From positions 3,696,436 through 3,760,435 of the forward strand of contig SMSO01000031.1 in the NCBI GenBank assembly GCA_004764695.1: a DNA stretch of 64,000 bases, written 5' to 3'. Source of the stretch: Schizochytrium sp. TIO01. Lineage: Eukaryota > Protista > Bigyra: Labyrinthulomycetes. Both the position numbers and the translations under genes were made by a program. The notes beneath the pieces are model-generated. The model was not told the DNA's origin and ran no database searches. It was given only the letters and a program-made list of their open reading frames with translations. Shown piece after piece: positions 13,601-29,374 of this stretch; positions within the stretch are counted from its first letter, which is position 1; each line of letters begins with the position of its first letter.

Positions 13601-16049
13601 AGAGTAAGTACCTACTTATATACCTACCAACTTACCGTGGGCTTGAGGTCTAACGATGAAAGGTACGCTCAAGGCAAGTTAATGTTGCCATAGTAGATTA
13701 TTCATAGCGTTCGCTTGATCTAGTTAAACTATATTAGAGCGCAGACTCTTTTTATAATATTTTTTCTTTCATTTTCAAAAATAAAAAATTAAGAAAAAGG
13801 AAAATAAAAAGAAGAAGAATAAGAGGTGAATCTAATAACAGTCTTAGGCTTTCTTGGCCTTTTGGAACTCTGCCCTCTTTCGCCATCCGTACATACGGCT
13901 TGACTAGCGTATAGGGTATACTACAGATTTCGTCCTTAGTTCCAGCGATGTGAAATTTACAGATGTTGGAAGGAGGAAAAGCAGGAATACTCAGTACCCC
14001 GAGAATTTAATGGTGAGGTTATATAACATCCATTGATAAAAAGAATTGTTGATGTACTCCTTATGTATGCAAATACATTTTTTTTTTTACAAAGTAGTGC
14101 CAAAGGACATGCGCAGTGCTTACTTACTACCTTTCCTCTACTCCGCGAGCAGCCTCCCCACGTCCAAAGAACGACGAACAAGAATAGTTCGTCTACTTGA
14201 AAAAGGCTCTATCGACTCGTTTTCTGCTGCGCAAAGCTGGTTTCTAAAAAGCTGTGAGCGCATAATGTACTTGCAGAGGGTAATCTATTGAGGGTAATCA
14301 ATTGATTGCAGTAACAAGCTGTTCTATCAATCTGAGAGGGAGTACTGTCGTGTTGCATGTATAAGCGCAAGTTTTCACTTCTCCATGACCCTGGCGTACG
14401 GATGATTTCCTTTTTGTTGAAAATTGATATAGTCACATTTTGAAGATTCCGAAGCATGAATAGCAAAATAGAGGTGCCGAACGAAGAAGTGTCTCCTCCT
14501 CCGTTTTTTTATTTTTTTGCGATCGCCCTTGAGCGTTGCATGGGCCTGTTTGTAGATCACAGAGGTATTGTCAGATCGTCGAAATTGGTTCAAACTATGA
14601 CGTCTGTTTTTCTGCAGAGAAATGATCGTTAATATGCAAGCAAATGCCTCACTTGACTGCCTCATTCATTATCTTTAGGTTATCCTCTTGTTGCACAGGT
14701 TTCTCTTGCTTTTGGCCGTTACTTCGAGGCCCGATCTGCCCTTTCCACAGTGGCGCAGTGTTCTACGAATTGCAACGAAGGAGATGTTAGACCGTCTTGC
14801 GTGTCAATATCTGTTTCGAGAATTTTGCGGATCTGGTGAGGATTTTTACTGAATTACTATTCAGGCCAAATCACAGGACTGACTCGGAGGAGAAAAGTAC
14901 CTGGGCTGATCAATCAAACATTCGGTTGGCTTCTTTGCTTTAAGCTGTTACAAGAATGGTTCCTCACTTCAAACCATTGTAAGGTTTCTACAACACGATG
15001 TTACTTCTTAAAAAGTTTAAAAAGTATTTTTAAAAAGTATTTTAAAATGTTACCTGCTGTACCGGCTTAGATAATTAAACTGACGAATTTATAAATTAAA
15101 AGGCCCGTACTATTACCAGTTGTACGTAGATACCGTCACGTGCAAGATTTCGATACGCTGCCAGGTTGTTTGGCTTGACCTGAGCAGGCTATTATACTAG
15201 CAGATAATGGTTGATTTCTGCAGATGCATAATTGCAGTTCCTGCGTGAGACCACTATGCATAGGCACAATTAGCATCTATGGGCTGATGACGCTGCAGTC
15301 TCATCCACTCCCGGGCTGATTTTTATAATCTCTCTGTTCATTTATGCATCGCCCTTATGTTTGTATCACATGCTGGATAGTAAAACGCCGTTTATTTCCA
15401 CGCCCTCGAGAAGCGTGACACGAAGCGCCACAGCATTATTTATATTTATTTTCTTTCAAGTTCAATATTGTAAATTTGATGAGTCAGAGGTGAAAGGTTT
15501 CCGTTAGGTTAGCCATTGGAAAAAGCCGCGCCTCGCCTGCTCCTACTACTGTGACCATTATAGAGCTCCAAAGGTCGACCAGGACGGAGCACGAGCCCAT
15601 AGGCTGCACGCCGAGGAAGTTTTTTTCACGCACGGAAGGGAAACAGTTCATGCTGCAGAGCACCGCTTTGAGCTCGCCGCTGGACTGTTGGCCTCAACGG
15701 TGATTGATGCCTCCTTGGTTTTTCGTTTCTCTTTTCTACCTACTTTTTAAAGTGATTACTTGAAAAGCAACAACAATATTAGATGTCAATTTTAATTTTA
15801 AAAGGTTTATTTAAAAAGAAGTAGTTTATTATTAGTAGTAGTAGTATTATTGAGAACGGCCGATTAAGTTATGTGAAAGGCAGAGGCGTTTCGAGTTCAA
15901 CAGCGCAAGCATCGCGTACCTCGAAGCATTTTGTATGTTTCTTTGCAGGAAAGATCGCGGGAGCGAAAAGAACGAATGCCACTCAGCAATCCGGAAGACC
16001 AGAAAGCCACGAACTACCGGGAAGCGTCAGCAGTTGCCATTCAATACTT

Positions 16050-16186
16050 CATTTTTTCATTTTTTCATTTTTTCATTCCTTCATTCCTTCATTCCTTCAT
16101 TCCTTCATTCCTTCATTCCTTCATTCCTTCATTCCTTCATTCCTTCATTCATTCATTCATTCATTCATTCATTCATTCATTCATTC
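16050..16186. repeat. Compound repeat (CATTTTTT)3(CATTCCTT)9(CATT)10
   Basis: Directly visible. Confidence 0.95.
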
Positions 16187-16687
16187 TTCGAAGAAGAAGC
16201 TTCAGCACCTGACTTGAAAGGCAGCTCTCACAGCTTGGATGGATGGGCCTCGTTGCGACATCACCTTGCGCAACATCTTTTCTCCTGAGAACTACGAAGA
16301 GAAAGGAGGATGAGGGCCGTTAAGAAGAAGAAGGAGAAGAAGAAGAAGCTTTACTTACGTGCACAGAGAGGTCTGAGCGCAGCAGCTTTGAGCGTCTTCT
16401 CTGGTCGAAGAGATCGTGGCCGGCCTTGGGCCTGAGACGTATGCATAGCTGCCCTTGCGGCCGTTGGATGACAGGCAGCGAAGGGTGCAGAGTCAGCCGA
16501 ACGAATGCGCTTCAAACGCGGCTCTACAGGCTTTGGTCGGATCTGCGTGGAGGGCACATATGACTACCGTATTCGTAGATAGATAATCTGCAAATTGGTT
16601 TTCCTTGGCTCTGACCGCGCTAGTAGTAGGTAACTGGGAAGTAGGAACTGACTGAACATTGTTCATTTTTTAATTTGGATGAAACTC

Positions 16688-16724
<37 letters not shown>

Positions 16725-17124
16725 CCTTTCTGTTTACCTAAGAATTTATCTTATCACAGCAGGGCAAAGAAGAAAGTAAGTACTTCTTCTCTTTTCTTTC
16801 ATTCTTCATGATTCTCAATTTAAAATTTAATCATAGAGGGTCATCATAGTAATCGGAAAGGCCATGCGCCTGATCTTCCAATTTTTCTTACGCCGCTTAC
16901 AGCTGAGGCTGTCAGAGAATATTGGACAGGGGAAGCTCCAATGTGCATAGTACGAAAGCTCTGTGCCAAACCACCGGGAGAACAGGCTCTTCGGGACGCC
17001 AGTGCCGGAAACGATGTGGCCGCGTCCTCTTAAAACGTCGATTGGAATTCTTGAACCGCGACTTCTATAGCTTGCTATATTGCCCTATTCTCTTCTTATT
17101 CCCCCTTTTATTATTACGTTTGAT

Positions 17125-17164
17125 TTTAGTTTAGTTTAGTTTAGTTTAGTTTAGTTTAGTTTAG
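17125..17164. repeat. (TTTAG)8 pentanucleotide microsatellite
   Basis: Directly visible. Confidence 0.93.
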
Positions 17165-19624
17165 AATAATTTAATTTTTATTTCACAAGCGGAGCTGCGG
17201 TGAAAGACATCCTGTTAAACATTTCACTTAAGCCCTGTCTATGTACGTCTGGAATTCTTTCGTTCCTGTCTGATAGAGTGTGTACAGAGAAGAGGAGCTA
17301 ACCTTGTCGCCCATTCTCTCAACAGCCACGGCGCTTTGCCTCGGGCCGGCGAGGGGCGTTCGTTAGCAGTGGGGTTCGGCCTCTACAGTTTGGCCTGGCT
17401 TAGTCTGTTGTGGTCCTTGACTCAAACTCAAATCATGAGCGGCATACAGGCACACAGGAAGATCGAGGAGATAACAGACACGTAAGACTTCTTCAATGTT
17501 CAACCTTACCACGAAATCTCTTTTTTTTTTTTTTTTTTTTTTTTTTTGGGAGGAGCGCGCTCTTTCTTTTCTGTGAACTGAACAAAACATGTTCTTTTTC
17601 AAGTGTGCTTCTTCTTATTATTATTCTTAGTATCATTTTAAAAACTGAAGGAGAAGAAACACTTATTTAAAATTTATCTATGTATATTTATTTGGAACAC
17701 ATATTCTCGATAACGAAAACAATACATTGGAAACAGAAATACCAATCGTGAAACTTGAATTCAATCAAAGCAACGGATGTGTAGCGGCTCTCGCTAGAGG
17801 ACATCAAGGCGCCGTTAGCTTGGATCTCGGAGAAGCCTTGTGGTCTTAAACTTCTGGAATCGCCCCGAGCAGTGGCGCCAATGGCGGTAGGGAGATAACA
17901 TGGCAGCTTACTTGCGACATTGCTCCCTTCGCCACACAGAGAAGACCATTCATTGATTTCAAGCGAAGAAGCACAGGCAGCGGCCATTTGCTCTCTTTCT
18001 TTCTTCTGAGAACCGTTGCGTAAGCAAAGGAGCGGCGACGCCAGGAGTTCGATATCAGCAATTTCTTGACGTCGCACTGATACACACGAAAGACGGCGTT
18101 TGCATAGCATTGCATTGCATTGTTTTGCATTGTGTTGCATTCGATGATTCCATGGGATCTGCTTACCGTGGAGGCTGCTGAATCGACGAATGGCTTGCAG
18201 GAAGCAAAAGGGAATGGAGTATCTGATGCTTTATTTGATTTTCTGCTGGAAAGACTCTAGACTAATGTTGTAAGAGGTATTATTGATCGTGTGTGCTGCT
18301 GTTTCTCCTCCTGTTTCTCACGAAAGATGCCTTGATCTTCGAATCGGACTTGCGTAAACTGGAAAATTGCGGAACGGGAGACCGATACCTAGCAACTTCT
18401 TGGTCTTGCATGCTCTTAGTTGATTTGTTCAACTATGATCTAAGCAACAATTGGATCGATCAAGATTAGCTCTACACGAAATTATTGCTCTAAGGATTGA
18501 ATTTGAACAGTACCTACAAGTTGAAACTTTCTTTTAAGAAATATAATATTAAAACAAAAAAAGAAAAAACCACTTTTTAAATGAGAGAGAGAGAATTAGA
18601 AAAAGGAATCTTCACGAGTTCAATTTAACTGCATTTGATCCAGTTGGTACCACTTGCACGAGCTGCGCGGATGCTGTTCATGTTATTCAAATAAGAGTTG
18701 GATCGAGAGGGTATGTGATTTCTCTCACTGATATTTCCCGGAACTACGTTTCTCTGTCCGGCCACAAATTTCTGAGCCTGGATTGCCGTTGCGGCTTTAC
18801 AAAGCCTTAACGATATACTTTATTCCTATCGCTACATTTACATTGTGGCCATGGCGATTAACGAAACCCGTGTCTCTTTGCTCCTTCTGGATCTTTCCAT
18901 CACGAGAAGTTATATTTAATATTTAGTTAGATTCTTATTTTATTTTAATATAAAATAATGCGAAATGTTCAATTTTTATTTCAGATTTTATACTTTTTAA
19001 AAATTAAAATAAAAGAAATTATGTAATCAATACAGACAATTTAACCTATTTACTATTAATTCAAGAGAAAAAAAATCATGTTTTTAGTCTCTCTCTAGAA
19101 ACTAACTAAAAGAGCAGTCGATTAATCTGGCAAGTACTAGTGGGTAGTAGGTACCTTTCAAATATTTCCCGTATGAGTCCTGTGATATGACAGCTACCCT
19201 TGTTCCCAACGAGCCCTTAGCTAATCACTTGGGGAGTTAGAGGGGTACACGCTGTCGTACACAAAAACAGAAACAGGGTATGCCAGTGTTGTCTTGCGGC
19301 TGTCTCTGTATCTTCTATCAGATTATCCTTCACGCGATCGATCTTCCCTTCGAAGCCTTAGCTTTCGCAACGGCGCTTGTTGCGTTGTGGACTGAAATAA
19401 TATTTTGCTACGTTCACTCTTCTTCACGACGGTGACCTCTTTCTTAGACCATTCACGGACGGGGAGCGCGAGCGAACATTCGGGACGAGAACTGGCGTCC
19501 TTGAGAGAAAATAAAAACTGGGTTGATGAACTGCTGAGTGGGGCGTAGCACCATTGATCGCAGCATGAACACGCGCTCATTCGGAGGTGACGAATTGGCT
19601 TTCTTTCTGCGAAGCAGACCGCAC

Positions 19625-20250
<626 letters not shown>

Positions 20251-23200
20251 CACTCACGATAAATCAACCGTTTCGATCTCCCGCAAATGTGACTAACGGA
20301 AATATTGCGAAAGGTGGTGGTGAGTCATCATCGCTTATTCTCGCGAATCGCAAGAGGCTGCCGGAATGCTGGTGCTCGTCTCAGAATCCCATCACCGCGC
20401 TCCAAGACAACGCAGGCGGTGGGTTGGTTCTCGCAATCCGGCGTAGACCTGCTCAGACACGCGTCAGCCTTGGTTGTCGCTACAGCTTGTCAGTCAGGAT
20501 ACGTGCCGAGTTCTTGCGAGATTTGCTGTCGTTTGAGCATTCATTAGTCATTATTTGCCTGCGTCCACAAGAAGCTTTATCTCTCAAGTTAGGACCAAAA
20601 AGGTGCACCCTTCAATGCCGAAAAGAGGCGAGCGCAATGAACACTGTTCAAGTGCGAGCGTGAACGGGCAAATTACACAGAGCGATCGAGACCGCCTCAT
20701 GAAATCAGGACAGAGACCCACGTCAAATCAGGCGCCTTTGGTCATTCGATTGCATTTGCACGCAGTTGACATCTCTCTCTCACACAAACACACATTCAAC
20801 TGCACGCATTCAATACTTTACCGTTTTGAAGATTCCACCGTACGGAACTTCGTTTGGGGCCGCCTCCAACGTATTTTATAGAAAATGTGCGTGAGCTCTC
20901 CTAATTCGTGCCTTTCCACGCGATCAGAGCCTCGTCGGCCTTTAAAGCAGGCTCAGCAGGCACGCTCCTTGACTTCGAGGGGCATCATTTGTACATTGTA
21001 ATTACTCCCCGAGGACCAAAATCGTCTAAGGTAATATGCGATGGATGCCGCAAAGAACCTGAATGCAAAGTGACGTAGGTTTCAAATGGGACGTGGCATT
21101 GAACCTTGAAAGGGTGTTTGTCCCAGCAGCTTTCCGGCAGCCCTTGGCTTGATCGTACAGCGAGGTTACTAGATACAAACCATTTTCAGACCGTTCACTC
21201 TACGCAATCAGAAAATTAGCTCCCATTTTATAGTAATGGTGTTCTTCTGCTGTTAGTGTCGGCAGTTTGGGTTGGACCGCCTATTTGAAGACTGGGCCTC
21301 AAAGGTCGTTACAAAAGTCCTCAGGGTATGAGCTTTAACTTCTACCGAGATTACTACCTGCTCCTCTCACGTTTTGGCCTGATACAGCCTTTCTTCGCGC
21401 TGGATACCAAATCAGGGTAGAAACTATAGTGTGTTCAAAAGGTTATTTGGATAACCTATATTTATTTGATATCTATGTTTAATTATTATTTGTTATTACT
21501 AGTAATTTCAATTTAGAATCCTCTCCACTATGAAATATAGTGAATGTCTGTAGTATATGCATCTTTCAAAGAATAGCCTTTATTTTTATACCTGAAATGT
21601 TTCTTTTAGAAAACTTAAAAAAAAAACGAGCTAGAACTGGTCAAATAAGTTTTTTTTTTTTTTTTTAATTTGTTTTTAAAAAATAAAATAAAATTAATAT
21701 ATCAATGAAGACTTCTTGTAGGCTTTTGATTTACACGAGCCATACACAACGCAAAAAAAATCTGCAGGTATCTCGCGTGATCGAACTTCTATACTTTTTA
21801 TGCGCTTGTCTTTGGATATACCATGCAGAGAAAAGGTAGCTTTGCGCGAAGGCGATGCCCCGATTGGTCCGTGTATCGTGCGTGCGTTTTATAAAGATGT
21901 GGAGCATAGGAATAAGGTTCTCGCACTCCATGACTGTAAGTGGCACCAAAACTTGTTTCGTGGGTTCGTTTCAGTCAGAGCCAACGGTCTTTCATTAAGA
22001 CATAAATCATTAGCAAGCCATCTTTGAATGAGCAAACCGTCTTTCTTAGTGAATTATTAAATCAATTCAGAAAAGACTAAAGGATAGGCAGTTGTTCAAG
22101 AACTATTAGCTTGATGTAAATTTTGAGGAAGAGACAGTCATTTACTAGAAACAAATGAAAAGCAATTCCCGTTTGTAGTTAGTTCCATACAGCCAAAAGA
22201 GAAGCTTTCACTTGATTTGCTCATTCTTAGCAACTACGTTCCTCTCAAAACTAGTATTATAAATTCAAAAGATCTGAAAAATTATATTCTGTTTATCCAC
22301 AGATACATTTGGAAGTGTCAACACCAACGCTCCTGAAAGAATAGATTATAGTGTACCCCATTTCAAACTGTCACTAGTCGGATGTTACTAGAAACAAAAA
22401 TCAAAGAAGTCACGGATACTTTTGAAGTTTGCATATGCAGAAAGTATAAATCAAGAGCAGAATAGTTTGCTGATATTTGTCTTGTTCGTCATTTTCACTA
22501 TACAATTCAAGAACCAGGCATTATAACTTATAACGGACTTAGAATCCTAAGGTATTGAACTTCTAAATTCTTAATTTCAATCTCTCGATGGTTAGATTTC
22601 ATAACAAGCAATCCCGATAGCACCCACGTTAAAAACGGAAGTAGCTCGTGGTAATTTTTCTTTCTTCTATGATGTTTTTGTTTTCTAATATCAATACCAT
22701 TCACTTTGTTGAGTAGAATAAACCCATATCAATTTGGCTTCTCCGTTCGTTTAATCAATATAAAGCTGTCCACATATAGCCAGTTTTGGGGTGCTCATAA
22801 TACTGTTATTTACTCCTGTATTCTGTGATGGAGTAACTAGTTTGAAAGACTCAAGTATAAGAAATTTCACTTTATTTGCTGTAAAATCCACATTTAAACC
22901 AATGCACGTCAACTAGATAAAATTAAGTATGCATGTTAACGGCTAAGGTGCTTGTTGTATAATCGGCGTCCCTGAGTTGATCCGTCCTCGTAAGAATTCT
23001 CCTCATAACTCGTCCAAGCACTTGTATCTGACCCTAAACAATGGCCTTGCCTCGGTCTTTGCCTCATTGTATAGTTTAGCAAATAACTTTAGAATCTATA
23101 TTTAACCTGTGCTTTCATGGCATGGTATTTTAGTTTCTTGTAAAAATTACAATAGAATAAAAGCTCAAAAGACCGAACTAAATTCTTTAAGGCCGCACTA

Positions 23201-26200
23201 GGCTCCGCCAGCGCATGTCTGTTCGTTTGGGCTTAATGGGGATGGATTTCTTCTGTTGGAAAGAAGCGTTCGCGGATGCCACAATTTCTTGAAAGACCTC
23301 TGCCCTCGATTTGGAAATAGGTTTGGAGACATAAAAAACAACACAGCTCTGTCACCTTCGGAAGGTCAATCGGACAAACCATGATGCGGTAAGTCCGATT
23401 CGTTTCATTCATGTTGTATCGCTTCTGTTATTATTGTATCCTGGCTGCAAGGAGCTTGCAAGGAACAGTTTCCTTGTTTTAAATATAGGCTTATGACCAA
23501 AACAAAGAAGCCCTGCTCCCGTGTTTGCATGTTTGCTCGATGATTGACAATGTATGTTTGTGTATATATCACATTCATATATATTGTTTTAACTTTTTTT
23601 GCCATTAAGCACGGGTACCTACTCAAAGAGCTATTTCTGTTTCGTTCGCTACTTACTTAGCAAGCCAGAAAAGAATAACTTTCACATATTGGTTGTATTC
23701 GTGTTCGCGTAGGTTGCCAAATCATCATTTAAGACTAAATACCATTTTCTTTTCTTTTCTTTTCTTTTTCCTCTTCTAGAATTGGAAAAGTTAAGTATGA
23801 TTGCCAGCCCTCGATCATCTGAGATTACACAGTGAAAGTCGAGCGGTCTTTTACATCCCTGCAAATTGGGTTTTCGGAAGGTCCTTAGTCAAACCAGTGA
23901 GCAATGGAAGTTTCTTGTTTCTTTCCTTTGGCCCTTCGTTTGTAATAACATTTAGTTCTTTGTGATGTTTATCTTCTCTTAAAGATGCCTTGTATCTTTT
24001 TTATTTTATTTTATTTTTAATGGAAGAAAAAGACCTCGATCCTTGCTCCACCTTAAAAAAATTGTAATCTAGTATTTCGATTTCCTATATCCTTCGTAAT
24101 TTTTATTTCATACTTAATTTGAAATTGTGTACTACAGATTAATCCGTCGATAAAAAGGGCGCGATTTTGTTGGGCAAAGAACTGACCATAATTTGATCTT
24201 TCTAACGATGATCTTCCTTGAACAGAGGTCCTTTCTTGTGAGTAGGCAGCCACTACCTACCTAGTGCTTCCTATACTCTCTTTTACTCTACCTTTATCGT
24301 GATTTATCGCGGAAGAGCGCTATTCAAACAACATACATAGTTCATATCTTGAAAGCCTCGATAAGTAAGCTACTCGTCAGGCTCGTAGAAAAAGCAAAAC
24401 GAGGCGTTGCTGGCGCTAGTACATCTCAGCTGAACGCCTGTATGCGATACCGAAGGCGTCTCTTTTGCAGCTCAGAGCAGAACGTCGTACTTACTTGATG
24501 AAGGTGGAATGGCGGGATTTTTTTTTCTGAAGCAAATGAAATCCAACGAGCTGGAAGACCACTTGCTTCCTCGCTTTACTGCAAAGAAAGTCAAGAATAC
24601 GCCTTCATTTCCTTCTGAGAACTCTCTCTTTCCCTCTCTTTCTCTTCGGTATACACACGAACACATGCACACATTCCGCTACAAAGTTGTTTTGCTGTGT
24701 CTTTCTTCCGCAGCCGTGTGCCATCAAACTCGACGCTCTGATTTCGCTGTCGCTTGAGGCGATCACACGTAGGCAGTGCCTCTCGACGAAGCCAAAACTA
24801 CCCACTCCTCAGGCGGCTGGTTGGTTCCCCGTTCTGAGAAAACGTTGCGTGGGCGGCGCCTGAGCTCGCTCGAGGATCGCTTCGATTTATTAGACAAATG
24901 AGCCTTGAATAAAGTTATGAATGAATGAATGAATGAATGAATGAATAAATTTGTGAATGAATCTAATGGACTCGGGGAAAGCACCTTCGCGAGTCTTTAC
25001 ATATTGACACGGGCTCAGCCGTGGGGTTTCTGCGAGGTGCTACACGAGGGCTCAGACGTCTCATCGTCGTCTTCCGAGCTCCGAGACTCAGAAGAAAGCT
25101 GATGCAAACGGGAAATCACTCGCGATGAGATCTTCGTTTGGCTAGCTCAAGCTTCTGCTGTCCAATCTAGCTGACAGTAGGACCCTAGCGGGCGCATACC
25201 TACCAGGTTGGTCGGTCTGCTTTGATTACAGCCTCGATGGTCTCGAAGAAAGAAACAAAGACATCGAAAAACTCCAAAGAACCTTCGTTTGAAAATGACC
25301 GGCGCTAGGCAAGTGCTATCACTCGCTAAAGTTAATGCGATGCTGGAGGCTTTTCGAAGCACCCATCAACATGACGGTAAAACAGCGGCGCCTAAGAAGA
25401 AGAAGAAGAAGAAGAAGAAGATGCAGGAACTCGTTTCATCTTGAGGTGGATTAAGCTCAAGCTCGAGTTCACCTCCTCCGTTGTGTGATCAGAGCAGATC
25501 TCTGCTCTCAAGACCAAGGGAGGAAGGCCTTCTCCAAACTTGGCTGACCGACTGGGCACTGTCGCCGCTTCCCTCTTGAAAAGTTGGTTGGCGCGATGGC
25601 TCAGGAGGCAAAAGAGTGCGCCGCAGAGCACATATTTGTGGTAAATTCCAATCAAGCGCAGAGAGAAATGAACTAGGAAGTAGCAGGTGGAATAATATGG
25701 CGTCGATGCTTGTATAGATTTCGTGGGAGACCTCTTCCTCCTCTGTCTGTGCCTGTGTGGGATAATAAAGAAAGTACCATTTCGTTTCTACTATTTATTA
25801 CTGCTGGCGGGTGATAGATTCTTTCTCATGAACTAATGAAATTCATGATATCCTGGTCTTCTGCGGTACCCGATACGGTCTACTCAATGACAGGAAACGA
25901 GGAAAAACCTGAAGACGGTCAAAAGATAGGGAGGGAGGGAGGTGCGTAGGTACTTCATGGGTACTTCGGAGACCCAATCTCACTAGTCAGAGGTAATCAG
26001 TGAAAACGGCTTCTACTACTTGCGCAAGAGCTGAAGCCAAAACAATCAATTGCCAATTGTCGGAGACCAATTGCGACACTGGGTTTATGAAGGTTGCTGC
26101 TGTTTAGCCCCTAAGTACAAGTATTCTCAGCTGCCTATGCAGAATGAAGGTTTCGAAAGAGACGCGGAAGAGATGCGAAAATCGTTTTGTCTTTCAACTC

Positions 26201-28394
26201 AAACTCGATGCCTTTGCCTTGAGCGAGCAAACAACATACGAGACAGTAGGCTTTTCCATTTGCGCGAGGGCCTTAGCTCGGCTTTGAGTACCGCGTTGAA
26301 TAAACACTACGTTCGTGAGAACTCAGACTAACCAGCGAGGCAACTAACTTCTGGGTGGTGTACTGCTTCTTATCCTTCCAAGCATTTGCGACTCCTGTTG
26401 TGTTGACCTGTTCTACAGTGATGGGAGCTCACCGTTACACTATTTCCTATGTAAGTACTATCAATCTTATAATCCTTATTTATCTTAATACATTATTTTT
26501 AAAATTATGTTATTTTAATACTCTGTTTGTAAAAAAATAAAAGGTTAATTTAATTATAAATTAAATATTCTAATTTGAAAGAGAAACAATCGGAATGCTA
26601 GAACAAAAAAAAAAGAAAGAAAGACCTACAGAATGAAAAGGAGAAAGGGGAAAAAGTGGCATTGAAAATTCAAAAAACGCACCTACTCAAGGTGTGAAAG
26701 AGCTGTTGCGTTTCCAAAGTACTTCTGTTGAGAAGGGCGCCACAAGTGAATGACGGACGTGTTTGTTGCCATGAACATTCACTTCGACGCGGCTCGGTTC
26801 GAAAACTGCTCTGGTAATCTCGCGACTTGAATGCTGCGCTTTCTTCTCCTCCTCCTTCTTCGTCGTCTTCTACGTCTTTTTCGTCTTCATTTGCTTCTTC
26901 TCTCCGCGCAGAAGGTAGGGTAGTCGTACGATATTCTTCTGTTGTGGGGAGGGGAGGACAAATAAGTGAACACTGTTGCCACATACGTATTCCGAGCCGA
27001 TGAGTACGTTCTGTTTCATTCTGCCTGTGCTCTCTTCTCTCATCCCTTTCGCTCATCATTCCAAAGGGCACGTACTGAGTATTTGTAATGGGAGTAGTTG
27101 TTTATCAGATTCTTTGATTACAAAATAATAATAAAAAATATAAAAAGACATACAGCATCGAAAGCCAAACGAATACTGAGCAGCCTAAAGCTGATCATGA
27201 AACGCCCTTTGCGGCGCACAAGGCGTGCAGATGGAGTTGTCTTTATGAGCGAATAGTGGGTTGTACATAATCTAATCTCGCGCTAACCGCCGATGGGCGC
27301 TTAAACTTATTTCTTTGGAGACTAGACTGATCAACTTTTGGTCTACACAAGAAGCATCTTGAGAGGGCAAAACGTCAAATTCAGAACGCACTTTATTCTG
27401 TTGTGACATTTCTCCGAACTTTGGAGCCACTCCAAAGAACCGCTTTAGATGACACGGAGATAGATAGATCGATCGATGCCTGGATACCTAGATATCTAGG
27501 TGTAAACTTAGACTTCATCGAACGGTTGAGACCCCGAAGCAGCAGCAGCAGCCTTGCAACATTGATCAGAATGTTGGTCTTCACCATGACGCAGAACTAC
27601 TCACTCTGTTGAAATTAACTCTTGATGACACTGGTGACTGTTTTGGCTTGCGTTTTTAACTATGAGTCTAAGCTGCTAAAAGGTTTTAACTTATCGCCCC
27701 TGAGCAGTGAGGGCGCAGTTTTCATGCTGGTTTCAATGATGGTACAGGGGACATCGGGTAACAAAGACCTCTGCCTCAGACTGGTTCAATCTAAAATTCC
27801 AGCATCTTTAATTAAGAATCACCTCGAAGATGCAGGTATTGATCGTCTCCTTCAATTAGATTCGTCGTCTAGACACATAAATTGACCAACTACTCCTTTT
27901 AGAGGAATTTCCTCAGTCAGCTGGATTCCGCACTTGTTTTGTACGAAAAGGAGGCACGAAAACCAAAGTCGATTCAATCTCTCGTATTGAGTTTTTATAT
28001 GCTTTATATTTTAATTGATCGCTCTGTGAACGCTTCCGCACGCACCAGTGTGACCTTAGTTCTTCATACTCTTTGAATGCCTCTTTACAAGTTCATTCAT
28101 TCGATTAATATAGACTTATATTATAGTTAACTTTAAAAGAAATTAATCTTTTTGCTCATATTCTACTATAAACATTATAAATAAAGTTATGCAATAGTTA
28201 ATTAATGTACCTTGATCGACATATTATTTGACACACAATTTCACTCTTTCTTGTACCCATATAGGAGAAGCAGAAGTCCAGTTTGAGAGAGCATCCAACC
28301 ACAATCTTCTTTTGAGTGTTTGGCCTGTTTAATCATTTAATACTGGTTCCAATCATATCAACTACCTACCCATGTAAGCTTTAAGTAATGCAAG

Positions 28395-28540
28395 CAAGTT
28401 AGTTTGCTACTAACTTAGTTAGTCACTAAGTTAATTAGCTACTTACTCAGCTACTTAGTTAGTTAGTCGGTTGGTTGGTTGGTTGGTCTGTTATTTTTTA
28501 ATTAATTAATTAATTAAGTTGGTTAGTTAGTCCAGTAAGT
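28395..28540. repeat. Degenerate tetranucleotide patch (TTAG/TTGG/TTAA/CTTA)
   Basis: Mixed 4-mer periodicity directly visible. Confidence 0.75.
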
Positions 28541-29374
28541 TGTTGTCAGCCAACGCACAGACGGATTTCAGAGAGAAATGAGAAGCTGTGTCGATCATTC
28601 TTATTCATTCATTTCTACAATCGCGCCGCAACGATACCTGAAGTGTACCTCGGCAGTTCTTCGTTCAAGAGAGGGCCAACACACTTCACTTGCATTGAAC
28701 AGGCTCTTTTCTCTTTCCTGAATCTCAGTAGGCGAAACGCACCCACTGCTAATTGGGTCGTGATATGTGGTACCGGGTAAAGACTAATTAGAACATCAAA
28801 GGTACCTGGTTCTGCCCCACGAAGAAGCTTCTATGATATGCTTTGACTAAGGCTCTTTCTTATCCAGCTGAAATTAGAGATGGTCTTTCAAAGCAGACAA
28901 TTCAGAGACAGATTGGCAGACAACAGAAAAGAGTTTAGAATAGCAACAGAGCGTGCCTTTTCCTTCGACTTTCTTCTTAGGTTCAATATCCAGGGTATAC
29001 CAAATCGAGCTAAAATGCGCTTCCTTTCTCTCACTTTCTTCTGCTTTCTTCCCAATCCTTTTTCTTATTTTTACGACACCCTGCCATATACTATCTACAG
29101 CCGCAACTCCTCCCGCAGATGTTCCACTCTTAGCCCGCTCGATAGCATTTTAGACCAATCGGTGGGCGGCCGCGGGGGGGGGGTATAGTAGAGATTTAAA
29201 ATAACTCGTGAAAGAATATGACAGTTCAATTATTATCATCACTAAGACCTTTCCTACTGCTGAATCTAGCCAACAAGGTTTGTAGTGATTAAGCATTTAA
29301 ATTTGAATTTAAAATCAAAACAAACAAAAAATACAAACAAATATATAAACACAAAATAGAAGAAGAAAAACAAA

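Noticed and set aside
15873-16288. Three overlapping ORFs of 93-117 aa
   Set aside because: Translations of the CATT/CATTCCTT repeat.
17125-17164. Telomere-like repeat
   Set aside because: (TTTAG)8 is short, internal, and lacks the GGG run of typical telomeric units.
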